A stretch of 64,000 nucleotides of DNA, from NCBI GenBank assembly GCA_030704615.1, contig CM060731.1, positions 24,676,001 to 24,740,000 of the forward strand, in the 5' to 3' direction. The number at the start of each line of letters is the position of its first letter. The stretch's first letter is position 1. Source of the stretch: Takakia lepidozioides (lineage: Eukaryota; Plantae; Bryophyta). This document shows positions 49,101 to 61,844 of this stretch, piece by piece. The notes under the pieces were generated by a model. It saw nothing but the letters and a program-made list of their open reading frames with translations, was not told the origin of the DNA and ran no database searches. The position numbers and the translations under genes were made by a program.

Positions 49101-52100
49101 TAGTTTGGAAAGCAGTACACATAGCATAAAAGTATTCATCATAGATTAACAACTTAAATTACAGAATCCATACCTTCACATTTTCTTCTCTTTCCTTAAA
49201 GCGCTCAATTAACTTGGGGCTCGCCTGTACAACCATGACAAGCAAGATAAGACCGATCACTGACCTCAGTAGAGTACCACCTTAGAAAAACCAAACCAAA
49301 AACTGATAAAAAAACAGGAGACAGCAATAGCAGCAATTTTGTCCAGAAACAGTGAAGATGAGAGGAAGGGCATACTTTGGCATAAAGAGTAGCCATCATC
49401 TCAGGGCGAGAAGAGATCACAGCAGACAAGGTCTTTGCAGCTGCCCTCCTTACTTTCCAGCTTACGTCCTCATCATCACTATATTCATCTGCACTTTCTC
49501 TGACCATCCACAACCGAACTTCTCATAATTACTTCCTCAACCAACTAGAAGGAGAAGAGGATAGCATCAATGTATGGGAGAAAAAGATTAAACTCTTACT
49601 TTCACGGAATGGCACCCCGTTGTAGATATGTTACTTCACAATGGACCCAGTACCCATTCATAGTTGACAGCAAAGAATATGCTGCTCGAGCTTAACAGAA
49701 ACAGCTGAAGAACTTAAGGTTGAGTGATTGCAAGAGCATGCTTACTCATCCTCATCTTCTTCACCATCCATATCCTCATCCTGGTCCTCATCCATGTCAT
49801 CTGTAAAATTGGGATCGTAACTCAAGTACTCGAGTGCCAGGTCCAAAATTACATCGCAGTGTGGAGACACATCACGTGGGCAGCGCAGCACAAAGCTTTC
49901 CAAGGCCTGAAATAGAATACTGTGAGTCATTGGTAGAACTCTGGTAATGGGACATTACAGCCTTCAGTAGTCATAGCACATTTTCTTTCTATGAGGTCTC
50001 ACATGAATGACTAATATTGGTCATAAAAGAAGTAACAACATCACATGTTGCAAGTGCTGAAGATCCTTGCTAGCTCCAAAGTGTGACTCAAGTACCACCT
50101 TGCTCATGTCAGGTATCAATAGACAGATGGTGGCAATGCACTGGGCACTGAGGTCTACCCATGCAAACACCACGATACGAAACATACATTTCACCAGAGA
50201 AACCTGTATGCTAGAGAGTGGCATTCTATCAATTGCTCTGCCACAGGTCCAAAGTTCCTTATATATGCAAGTGCAAGATTAGTAAGAAGTAAACCTGCAA
50301 ACTATTCTCCCGAAGTTCGTCGTCGTTCTCAGATGCATTCTCACAGTAGCTAATCAAAAGTGGAACCACTTCGGTCAGATGTGGACCAAATCGATATCCA
50401 ACTGCACGGCTGCACAAACACTTCCAAGTAATAAGAGGCCAGCACAAATCAAGTGCCCCCCATCACTTCTGCAAAGACCTCTTTAGTCACTGCAATAGTT
50501 ACTACTAGTTGGTAATTGGTGGATCGGGCATACGATGGACTCCAAAGCGAAGGAAAAATAAACAGCCCCAATTGCAAATTGTAAGCTGAACAATTAGGCA
50601 AATGTGGTTCAACGCAACTCCCAAATCTGACAATCTAGCCAATTACCCAAAAGCCATGATTATTGAAGTGCTCTCACCAGAAAGCACCAATCATTTGAAT
50701 GTTGGTGCGTGTCATGTCTGGCTTCACATCTTTGTTCTTGAGAATTTGGACCACAGTGATTGTTGCTCTGGCAAGAAGATCATCAGACATGCTGGCAGCC
50801 AAGGTAGCTGCACCCAACATTGCAGTGATTTCACAACCCCATTCCAGTCCCATGCACCATGCAAAAAGGCATCATACCAAATAATCCAAACATTTCTAAT
50901 TTCTAACATTTTCTAATTCTAACTTTTCTAATTCCCATGAGACAGTCTAAAATACAACTAAAATCCTGAGTGACTACCAAATCATAACTTGTCAATGATT
51001 AAAATTTTGGTAACTCGGTAGTTCCACTATATGGAACTGTTGAAACTCATACAGTTGTCCAGCACATAGCTAACATAGTAGGAACATAGAAGTGTCGAAG
51101 TAACCATGTACATCTAGCACATGAGCACATACCAAGACACTGGATGGCACGTTTGCGAAGGCCTGCGCGCTGCAGATTGAGTTGCACCAGTAGGGCATTT
51201 AGCAGCTTTTCATGGTCAGCGGTCATGAGACTCCCAAATCGATGCAGCACATCACACAGAATGTCGAGGCACTCACTTTTAACCTCTGTACTTGTCTCCT
51301 GACCCAGCCATTACCCTCCCTACCCATCAGCCCTGCCTCTCATGGTAGACTGTCATTTGACGTGTGCAGCCAAGAGGCACTATATATTTGTATCCTGCAC
51401 TGTAAGCAACTACTGTCACACACACTCACTTCAAATCTTTAGCCCCACCTACTAAGTGTTCTGCTCATCCAGCAGCAAAATTTACTTCAAAAGTAAAAGC
51501 TGGTTGATTATGGAAGCTTCGAACTGTTTCTGCAGGGGGCAGTGCTGTGGAGGCTTAAACATCTGTCTGTGGGCCCTGCAGAGAATGCAGACAACCCTAT
51601 TCCCACCAAATAAGGTCGGTCTTTTCTGTAGTCAGGAGGACTGCCTGAAGGAGGGGCTCATAGACCTTCACATGGAACTGCAAAAGTACATTCCAAATTT
51701 AGTCGAACAAGACACGACATCGTGAAGTTAAGCGAGAACATGTAAGTCGGTAGAGAGTCAAGACCAACCGAGGAGGTAATGCCCTTGATAAGCTTTGGAG
51801 TGAGTGAGACAACGACAAACTGTGCAACTGTGCCACTTGAGATCTCTGCTACCACAGTTTTCAGAGCAATGCTGGCAATATCACGCTGCTGCTCTTTGCC
51901 TGTCAATAGCCGCTGACACAGGGACTCCACTATCTCCACCACTCTGGTCTCATGCACCTTCTTCACCAGTGGTGCCAGGCTGCATGCAATGCAATCTCAA
52001 CTTAGTTGCGTTTCCCACCTTCCAATGCTGCCACTGGTCTCAAAGAGTGTAAAAAAGCCTTCATTTCTCATCCTGGTAGTTCTGATTATGCAGTCAGGCT

Positions 52101-53827
52101 CAGACATCGATACTTTGTATTCTATCATCCATTACCACTGAAGCTCCCCTGTTGTGTCCACAACATTGCAAAGTAAGAAATGCAAGCTGGTTCTCAGCAA
52201 CCAGACAACCAGGTGCCTTAAGTAGAAAATAATGGTCAAATTAACCACCTTCCTAACAAAGCCAGCACTCTAAAAGCTGCAGGAGCTGATGAACAACAGT
52301 ACCTAATCCAAAACCCTTCCCATCAACACACCATGGGCCAAGTAATACACAGCCCACAGCAACAATATACCATACCCAAGCACAAGCGGTGTCCATAATG
52401 ACCAGAAACCAAGCTGCACAACCAGAGCCACACTGCAGATGCATTCTACCAGTCATGGGGGGTGCAACGCACCACCTGGCAGGTAACCTGCCAACGACCA
52501 AAGTATAATTTTCTACCCCAAAGTTCCCATAGAGTGAGAGACAAGCCCCCCAAATGCATCTTTGTCTTCTCACCTGAGAGGATTCACAAACTCCTTCGCA
52601 GCGAGAATGATTTGCAGCACAATGCTACATGTAAGATTGGGTGGAAAAACTGATCTGTTGAACAGCCCTAGTCACGATGGAAGAGGATACATGAAATTCT
52701 CGAGTGCCCCTTGAAATGCTCAGCACAGACCTCCAAAAGAAGTAAGAGGAGGAGATTGGGGCCACGATGGAAATTCTGGTGAAAGGTGAAGCCCAGCACC
52801 AATTTACTGTGAGCTTCATCACAGACATTGGTGACAAGGAAGGCTCAAAAGATATTCCCAGTTGGGGGCACTAAGCTAAAGTTCAAACTGACAGTAGGCC
52901 GCCTACCTCTGTACAGTGGTCTAACCCAACCAGGGAAAAGGGCGGCTGTGCCGCTGTTGTGGGCATGACGGTGAGAACAGAATATATTCTGATGAACAGG
53001 TCTTCTTCTCAACGAGATGCCCGTTTCATAGTCATCAAAAAACCTGTCAGTGCACCTCACAACACTCAGTTTGAAAGGCTGAAGACAGCACAAATTTGAA
53101 GAGATTCTTTGAAAATTAAAAAGGCCAGAACCCTTAGTAAGTTTCACTACTAGAGCGAGGTTTCCGCAATAGTAATGACCACCATTCCACACTCTCCATA
53201 TCTCCGACCCACTTTTCTGCAACTATCACCGCAATAAATTCCCAAACATCCACTCCGTTCACTTTGACAAGTGAGGACCCAAACATGTATATACGAACAC
53301 GCACCATTTCACTGCCAGTCCTGAGATATCCCCTGATGCATCATCGAGCTGTTGAAGGACAATCTGTGAGACCTTGCGCTCTGTTTCTGAATCTAGCTTG
53401 AAGTTATCCTTTTGCAGCTCATTCAGCAAATCAGAAGTGGCCATATATCGAAAGTCTTTGTCCTTGGATGCAATCTGCATTAGCACAACAGCAGCTTCCT
53501 TTATTGTGCTGGCAGATTCTCTATGCTTCAGAGTTTGGACTAAGTTGGATACTTGACCGGGTTTCACACAGGCACCCATGCAATAACCAATTTTCCAACA
53601 AAATTCTTCACACTATCTCTCTGTGTCAGTGATCTGGATGTCTCTTTGTTTCCATCTATGAACCTAGCAACACACATTACTCACAAAGTCTATGCCTCCT
53701 TTATTCCATTCCTCTCCAAACAATCATCATCTATCAAACAAACAAACAGATCCCAACTCAAGAAATTACACAAAGCTTGGCAAAGGAATACCTTCTCAAG
53801 GATCAGACCAACTGCCAAACTTGCCAT
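43172..53827 (-). CDS. CAND1: Cullin-associated NEDD8-dissociated protein 1 (HEAT repeats), >25 exons
   Basis: Exon 1 [12 protein letters not shown] (53827-53792), [100 protein letters not shown]; stop at 43172-43174. Confidence 0.97.
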
Positions 53828-55195
53828 CTTGCAGGACCTAATCTAACCTAATGCCTTAAACTCTTGATTGTCTTCAATTGAGTGAGCGGCTCTCCTACAC
53901 TTCGAGAAGAGTTCTCGTCATAGCTGAAGGTGGTCCTCAACTAGACTCTCCTTGTCCCTTTGAAATGTCAACCTCCCACCAACCGAATCCTCTTGGGCGT
54001 GGCTCCTATTGGGCATGAAAATCGCCTAACTATGGTTGCAAAGGTAATTCCCAGGACCTGTGCACACCAACTTCTGCTGTCAAGAGAGAGGGGGGGAGAG
54101 AGAGAGTACACAAGCACATGGATAAGTTGTGAATCACATACTCATTGGAAATTTTATCTCTAGAATAAAGAAACGAAAGCAAGAGAGCATCACAGTACTA
54201 CAGGATTCAACGAGCATTACATTTCAGGTGTAAGTGATACCGAATAGCCACAATGTTTTTTCAGTACTATGTGAATTTCTTGCAGTAGGAACTTATCATA
54301 TTGTAACAACCATGTCTAGCTTTGCTTGGACCTTGCAGTCATACACAATTGGTGGTCTACTGTAATACCCACACTAAAAGCTGTGGAAAATTCAAACAAT
54401 GCCAGTTGAGGCAGACAAATGCCAGTGGCAGAAAGCAGTCCCACTGCATATCTATTTTCAGTGCACTACTACGGAAATGACCCTCTATCTGTGTCTCTCA
54501 CTCAAGCCAGGAGAGACCTGTCCAGCTCCTGCTACGAAAATTAGTGTCTACCCTTGTACCATTAATGCACAGACGCAAATACAAAGCACGCGTCTCTTAC
54601 GAAACTGCTCAAGTAGAGATTGCTAAATTCGAGACAGACTGCAGCGCCGCCTACACATAACCAAAAAGGCCTCCCAAACCTTGCAACCAACCTAAACAAG
54701 AACATCGGTTGATACAGAACGACTTGATCGTGTCTGGAGCTCTACACAAATTTCATCCGCCTCGCAAAAAATTCCTAAATAACACCAAGACAGAAAAAAA
54801 CCCTACACATCGCAGCTGCACATATCATATCCGTCCCGAAAGCACACTAGCGATATCCTCAGGCGATCAGACTGCTTCAAATGCTGAACTTGCACAATTT
54901 TCAATTGCGGTTTAACCACCGTGATCGATCCCAGAAAACCATTTGTATACGAAATTCTAGAAAATTCCTTGGGGAAATCATGCAGCCAAAACAAACAATG
55001 CTGAATTCTCCCCGGTATCAATGGAATTGTGAGTATCCTTCAAATCCCAGCACCCAAACATTCAAAGCGTCCGGAGTATACTAACAAAATTCCACGGCAG
55101 CTGCAGAATCTGTACAAGCCTACTCCACAACGCCAAACAGTCCCACCAAATTCCACTCCACGTTCCCTCTCTTCTCTCTCAGGCAAGCAAAACCA

Positions 55196-55235
55196 GATTA
55201 GGGTTAGGGGTCACAGAAATCGGGCCCGCCCGGGG
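55196..55235 (-). promoter_or_regulatory. Telo-box-like (CCCTAACCCTAA) plus GGGCCC motif at the probable CAND1 5' end
   Basis: GATTAGGGTTAGGG and CGGGCCCGCCC lie ~1.4 kb upstream of the ATG, consistent with a 5' UTR intron. Confidence 0.35.
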
Positions 55236-56361
55236 AAACACCGGGTTAATCCCCAGGACGTCGGGCTAAAAACATTCATTGAGCCTACATACCTTTCATC
55301 CATCTAAACCATCGATTCAACGATAATTAGATGGCATCTTCTCGATATGAAATAGTTCTAGATATATTCTTTCTCTTGTCATCTCCCCATCCGTCGATGT
55401 GGCATCTTCTTGGAGTATGCTCCTCACGATTCTCCTCTGTGAATCTAGATTCCCTAGTGTTCGCTCATCGATAATGTGCACCTACATTTCATCCGTCCAA
55501 GGCACGACATTAATGTGTTTTGTTTTTTATTTATTTTTTATTTATTTACTTTTATTCTTTAAACAGGGGAGGATCTTTTAATTATTATCTATTTGCTTGA
55601 AACCCACCCCTATTTTTAGTTTTTTTTGAAAAGATGAGCCACAGAATCACATTAAAAAACGATTAAAAAATGACTTCATTATACTCTGAAATATTACTAG
55701 TCTTCTTGTAACATGCAGTAAATGCAAAGGAGTGGATGGAAGAAAGACAACGCTTTCCTCCATCCACCGGTCGCATTCTTTATGGATGAGACATAGACAT
55801 TTTTGGATGAACATAACTCTCATCCATAAACTCCCCTTTGGCGGTAAATACTAAATACAGAAAAACCAAATATTTTACGACTCGGTTTGAATTTTCAAAT
55901 ACCTATTATGTTGTATTAAAAAACATACAGAGAATAATAGCATATATATTAAAAAGCCGGTACCGTCTCTCTCGTCTCGCGAGGCACTGATGAGCGGGCC
56001 GCTTTACTGCAGCGCGAGCTGCGCTGTCGAGCTTGCCGCTGGCTAGCTAGCGAAGCTGTGATGCTCCAGCAGCTCTTATTGCTTGCAAGACTGCAGCTTT
56101 TGGGCATTTGGGCTGTGGGAATTTGCTAAGTTGAGGGGCTAGTTGAGAAGGAGGAGGATATGATAGGAACAGATGTTAGGCGGCATACCAGTAGGAAAGC
56201 TGCAGATTTTGCGCCTGTGTGAAGTGAAGAGGTGAAGATCGGGTGAATTACTGTTTGTGTGATCCAATTCAAGGTGGAGATAGAGTAGAAGAGGAAGAAG
56301 AGGAAAAGGACGACTTGGTACAAGCGTAGGAGAGCGAGAGAGGGGAAAGAGCTGTCACAAA

Positions 56362-59300
56362 ATGGGAAATCAGCTATGTATGCCGAAGAAAAAGCAAAAG
56401 CGGACGAATGCAATGATGAACCTGAATGGAATGCGGAGAAGGGGAGGTCTGCAGGAGGATTTGATAGAGCAGCAAGCACTGGCTATGGCAATGCACCAAC
56501 AGCACAAGGCGCAGATGCGATTAGAGCGCAGTATGTCGCAGCGGGACCCTTCAATTGTGCCCCCGCGCCGCAGCTACTCGGGTAAGCCTAGCGGTGGCAA
56601 GCTTGAGTACACCCGCAGCTTCAGCACTCGAGCTCCCAATTTGAATGATCCTTTATTTGATCCCAAGCAGATGCTGAACGGCACCAAGGTTCACTCTCTC
56701 TCTCTTTCCCTCGCTGCCCCCAGCGCCAAACACGCGTTTGTTCCTATCTGTTGAGGTTTTCCTCTTCTTTGAGTTTTCGCGTCAACCATCTCGGAAGTAG
56801 ATTGCGGAACTGCGGCCGGGCTTTTACTCTAGCAAGGATGAATAATATGCAATTCCCAGGATCTTACTTTCAAGTATCACGCCCAATTCCCTCGCTGCTG
56901 CATGCAAGATTTGGTTGGATCTTCTGGAGACACTCGGGCTTCTTTCCCCTTGCTGAATGAGCAGCTTGATATGGCAAGAGTCAGAGAGATAGTCAGAGAT
57001 TTTTGTGCAATGTTCCTTGCAGCCTGTTTCATTGGAAGAGGCTTGCAGCTGATGAGCCTCCTTACGAGCCAATGCATAGTAGAAGAATTACAATAAGCAA
57101 GGCATGTGTCGCATGAACATGACAATTTACACCCTTACCTCAAAATTTCCTCGAATGGCTGGGTAGCTGCAGGGTAAACTGACTGTGGTGCAACTGCTTT
57201 TTCCAGTTTAATGATGCACCTTATGCCTTGATATAATGCCGAAGTTATTTGGGACTGTTTTTGATCCAGTATATTTTTCCCAACCTGGTGCTGAGCAATT
57301 CAGACTGCTGCAGTAGGTTGTCTGAAGATGTGTCCAATTTGTCAGGGCCAAAGTAATCAGAGGATGTTTGCAAGTATGTGTTGACTGTGGCTGCTCATGG
57401 AGCTTTTTCTATATGCATGCAGGGAGGATTAGCAGCTGCAAATCTGGAATCAAGGCACTTTGTATTGGTACATGGAGGGGGACTTGGAGCATGGTGTTGG
57501 TACAAGTCGATTGCATTATTAGAGGAGAGTGGCTTCAAGGCGACTGCCATTGATCTCACTGGCTCTGGCATTGATCCCACAGATCCTAACCAAGTTACAA
57601 GCCTTGCGCAATATGTAAAACCTCTTCTTGACTTACTGGAGAAGCTTGAGGGCGATGAGAAGGTCAGTCCCCCACCATTATTAGATAGCTTGGGTGATCA
57701 CATCGGCAGTCTCTTTGTTCACCACTTGCACTTTGCATGGTGAAGCATTGCAGGATCCAGTGGGAGATAAGAGAGATTGAAGTTGACCTATATGACTTGT
57801 TGTCTTTAGACAACAAGTTACTTTGTGGTTAGATTAAAGCTTGCACACATTATTTAGCAAACTCTCTCCTTATGGTAGGTCATTGTTTGTTGTATGGCTG
57901 AAAGGCCTATTCGAGCGTTTGGTTTCGTGTTCTGTTTGGATATCAGGGCTGGCACCCACGCTCCAACTTTTCTATGTACCCAGTTAAGCAGGAGTGTGGT
58001 ATTGCAGGTGATTCTGGTGGGGCATAACATAGGAGGGGCGTGCATATCATATGCCATGGAATGTTTTCCCAACTCGATTGCGAAGGCAATATTTGTTGCA
58101 GCAGCTATGGTCAGCAATGGGCAGAGCCCTTTTGAAGTATTTGCACAGCAGGTAACCTTATTGTGGACATCAAACCAAACTTGACCGAACCGGGGCTCCA
58201 CTTTCCTTAAATGTTGGCAGATCTCTTGTTTGCTCAAAGCTCTCTTTATTCCTTTCTAATTACTTCAGATCTGGTCGTTTGACCTGTAGGTGCTATGTAT
58301 AGATGTTTCAAAGAACGGCTTTGAGCTGGTCATCTTCAGTAGTTTATACTGCACAAGCATCATGATGCACATGTGGGGTATGTTACCTTCATATGTCTGT
58401 AGAGGACATGTCCTTACAGATCAAGGGTCTATGTCAAGTCTCAGAGATTGTACTCATAAGACGTTGTTTGCCGTAGCCTTGTGGCCATTGACCCCGCGCC
58501 CAGTTTGAGCGGGAACAAAAGGGACAGAACCTACCTCTGTCAGGGGCTGACGTTGGTAGTAAGACTTACCTCCATATAAAGAATTAATCCGGGTTTTCCA
58601 GATATCCTCTAGAAATCCCTTCACACAAGCATCAATCTGCTGTGTGTGATTTGCCCAAAAACTAGGCCTCAGGAGGGCCTGGGCTTTTGGCTCAGCCTCG
58701 AGACTTTCAAAGTTGGTAAACAGGGGTACAGGCACAATTCCCTTAATAGATTTGAAGAGAGCGTCTCTTTGGTGAGAGAACCCCGGACAGTGTATCAGAT
58801 CAAGTCTCAGAGAGACTGAGAAATGCTCGGTGATGAGGTCTGGCTGTGCAGGTGAAAACCTCAGAGGCGCAGACATTTATATATGGAAATGGAAAGTCAA
58901 GTCCACCCACAGCTGTGGAATTTGACAAAAATTTAATAAGAGACATTTACTTCAATATGAGCCCAGCTAAGGTACTCCTCATTACTGCCTTTTATTTTCA
59001 TTGGCTGCAAATTGATAAGATGACTCTAGACTATTGTTCATTGGTAAAGTTCCTGAGTATTTATCATGAGAATCAGTCTTCCAGTAGGCTTCCATGACTG
59101 TTATACTCCACCAAGGGTATGAAGGAGGTTGGTTTGGCTACTAGTTTCCTTGAAGAAGACCAGTTTCCAATTCTGTGGATTTCCGGATCAACTTTGAAAT
59201 CTTAGATAGCAAGTAGCCTTTCCTTAAGCTACCCAGATAAACTGTAAAGTATTTCCTAGAGACTAAGGAAATTGAGTCTAATGCCTGGATAGGTAGAGAA

Positions 59301-59969
59301 ATTTGGCAGAACCTTGGCTTGGCCAAGTTAGTGTCCCCATCTCGGGTTAAGGTGGTGTGGAAATGAATGCCTCATCCTCTTCTCCTTGGAGCTAAGCTAC
59401 TTCAGGATGTAATCAGCACTCAGCCAAGACATTTTGTAGCAGGCAGCTCCACTAGTCAATGCACATGTGTGAAATTTCTTCTGCTGGGAAGGAATTGGAG
59501 GTGAAGCTGGCCCGATTACCCCTGGTAGTGTTTTGACAAATGCTGACCTGCAGAAAGACCTGTTATGTCCTCATGTTTAAACACTCCACTGGAGCTTAAA
59601 CAGTAGTCAACTGGGTCTCCCTGGCTTGCAAGCATCTTTGCTCTAGACCATGTAGGGAAGGTCACAATGCTTCTGATACATGTGGATTGGTAATGACAGG
59701 ACGTGGCATTAGCAACGGTTTCCATGAGGCCTATCCCTTTTCCCCCAGCAATGGAGAAGATCGTGTTGACGTCTGAGCGTTATGGGAGTGTGCGCCGCTT
59801 CTTTATCGAGACCTCTGAGGATGAAGCCCTATCTCCTACAGCACAGGAAAAAATGATCAAACAAAATCCTCCAGAGAAAGTCTTCACTATGAAGGGCAGC
59901 GATCATTCCCCTTTCTTCTCAAAGCCCCAGTCTTTGCATAGATTATTTCTTGAAATTGCACAGCTTTAA
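56362..59969 (+). CDS. Methylesterase (SABP2/MES family), MES11-15-type with N-terminal extension; nucleophile Ser replaced by Asn
   Basis: Exons 56362-56688 (MGNQLC..., EQQALAMAMHQQH), 57423-57662 (HFVLVHGGGLGAWCWYK), 58008-58150 (ILVGHNIGGACISYAME), ~58852-58970 and 59700-59969 (SDHSPFFSKPQSLH). Confidence 0.92.
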
Positions 59970-61844
59970 GGGAAAAAGTGTAAGATGTCACTTATGCATT
60001 TTTGCCAAAACCCTCAGGTGGATAATGGAACCAGACATGGGTAGTGAGCTTTAGTTATAAGTATATCTCAAGTGTATCACTTAAGATCCAAGAAGAGAGA
60101 ACCCATTTCTTAGGATGTTTCTAAGTTCCGTAGCTTATCTGGAATGTGAAAAGCTCCTGGAGCTTCTCAGTATTGTAATGGTACATTCGCAAGTAGCTTT
60201 ACTCATGTAGAACTGCATCAAAGAGGAAGTTGCACGTGAAGTGCTCAAAGTGTCATTTTATAGGACTGTAAACTCCCAAGCTACACACACAGGACCCTTC
60301 GTGGCCTTTCCATTCTTGCAGTGGGGCAAAATTCTGCAGCCTTAGGATGTTTCCTTGATTACCCATTGTTGATTGTTTGTTGGTACTCCCCATTCAGTGC
60401 CGCCTCTGATAGCTCTGGGAACTTATCTAAACTTTAACTACTTCACGATGATATTGGGTAAAAGCTATCCTATCTTTTGGATGTCTTTTGGATTACTCTC
60501 CCAGTACAATTATACTGACAAAGAACTTCTGCATCATGCGCAGTGCCTCTCTCAGCACTTACCAGATTCAATCTACCATTGACAACTTCTATAGTGTGGA
60601 GTGTATTTTTCAGTCCATCCATGTCTGTCTTGCTAGACCTGGATATGCTAGATTTGCTGTTGTACAACCCACCTGTGAAAGGGGGTCAAAAAATGCTCTG
60701 AAACTGCTGGTTTATCCTCTATGTGGCTGGGCAATTCTGTGTGCATCAAGGAGTGGTACAAATGGTAAAAACATACTCGCCTTGGTCAGTGGTTTGCATG
60801 GGCTTTACATTAAATAAGAAGATTAAGAGGGAGATCATGGGAGACCAGGGAGACCATTTGTGATCCTGTTTCCACTCGATGTTCACTGCATAATAGCAAA
60901 ATGTCCATGTTGCATGAGTCTTCATTAGGATTACTCCAGTGTTTGCAAATGGGTGTGAGCTTACTAACTCCCTTGTGAGATGCGGGCAATTGTATCATTA
61001 CTGCACCTGCAAAGTTTTCAAGTCACACACTACTTGGATGTCTGTTGCAAAGATAGAATGCGCACAGACTTTTGGCAGCAACCTGTCAATAGTTCAGTGC
61101 CAATAGATTGCTGATACACTGGCGATAGTCATTATAACACCAAACTTCAAAGACTTTGAAGTGGATGAAGAATGGCACCAGATATAATGCCATTGACATG
61201 GAATTGTTCATTTGTGACAAGCACCAGCCAGATTATTTATCTCATGTGTAGCCTCAGCATCTGGTACACATCACCCAATTCTACATTGAAGACATCTGTG
61301 ATACAGTAACTGCTGACCTACCTTGAGAACCAAGACTCTGTCACTAAAAGCTTCCTCCAAGTTGGGCCCAATTTTAGAAACAGAACTATGTACAATCCTC
61401 CTGACATTGGGATTCAACAATTTGCATCTAAGCCAACTCTTTAGTGACTGGGATTTTACTGTGTTGATATCACTTTGTACAATGTCGAGCTTGCAAATTT
61501 TGCAAGCAAGCGGGTTATAGGCCTTTAGGCCCCCTACCCATCCCCTTCATTTCTGGTGCAACTCTTCCCATGGGTAGCTCTTTAACAGCTTACAGCAGGA
61601 CTTCTGAGTAATGAGGAGGTACGAGTCTATCAGTCGTATTAATGACTATTCTCAAGTCTTAAATGGCACGTGCTCACTGCTCACCCTAAAAGCAGACACC
61701 AAAGTCCATCAACCTTTTTCTGCGTCTATCAGAACATTGAGGAGGCAACCACTGGTGTCGGAGCAACAAGTTATCATTGTTTCACCTCCACAGGGCTCTC
61801 TAGGTCTGTAACTCCCCACCATAGCCTGTTGAGCAGCATGCCAA

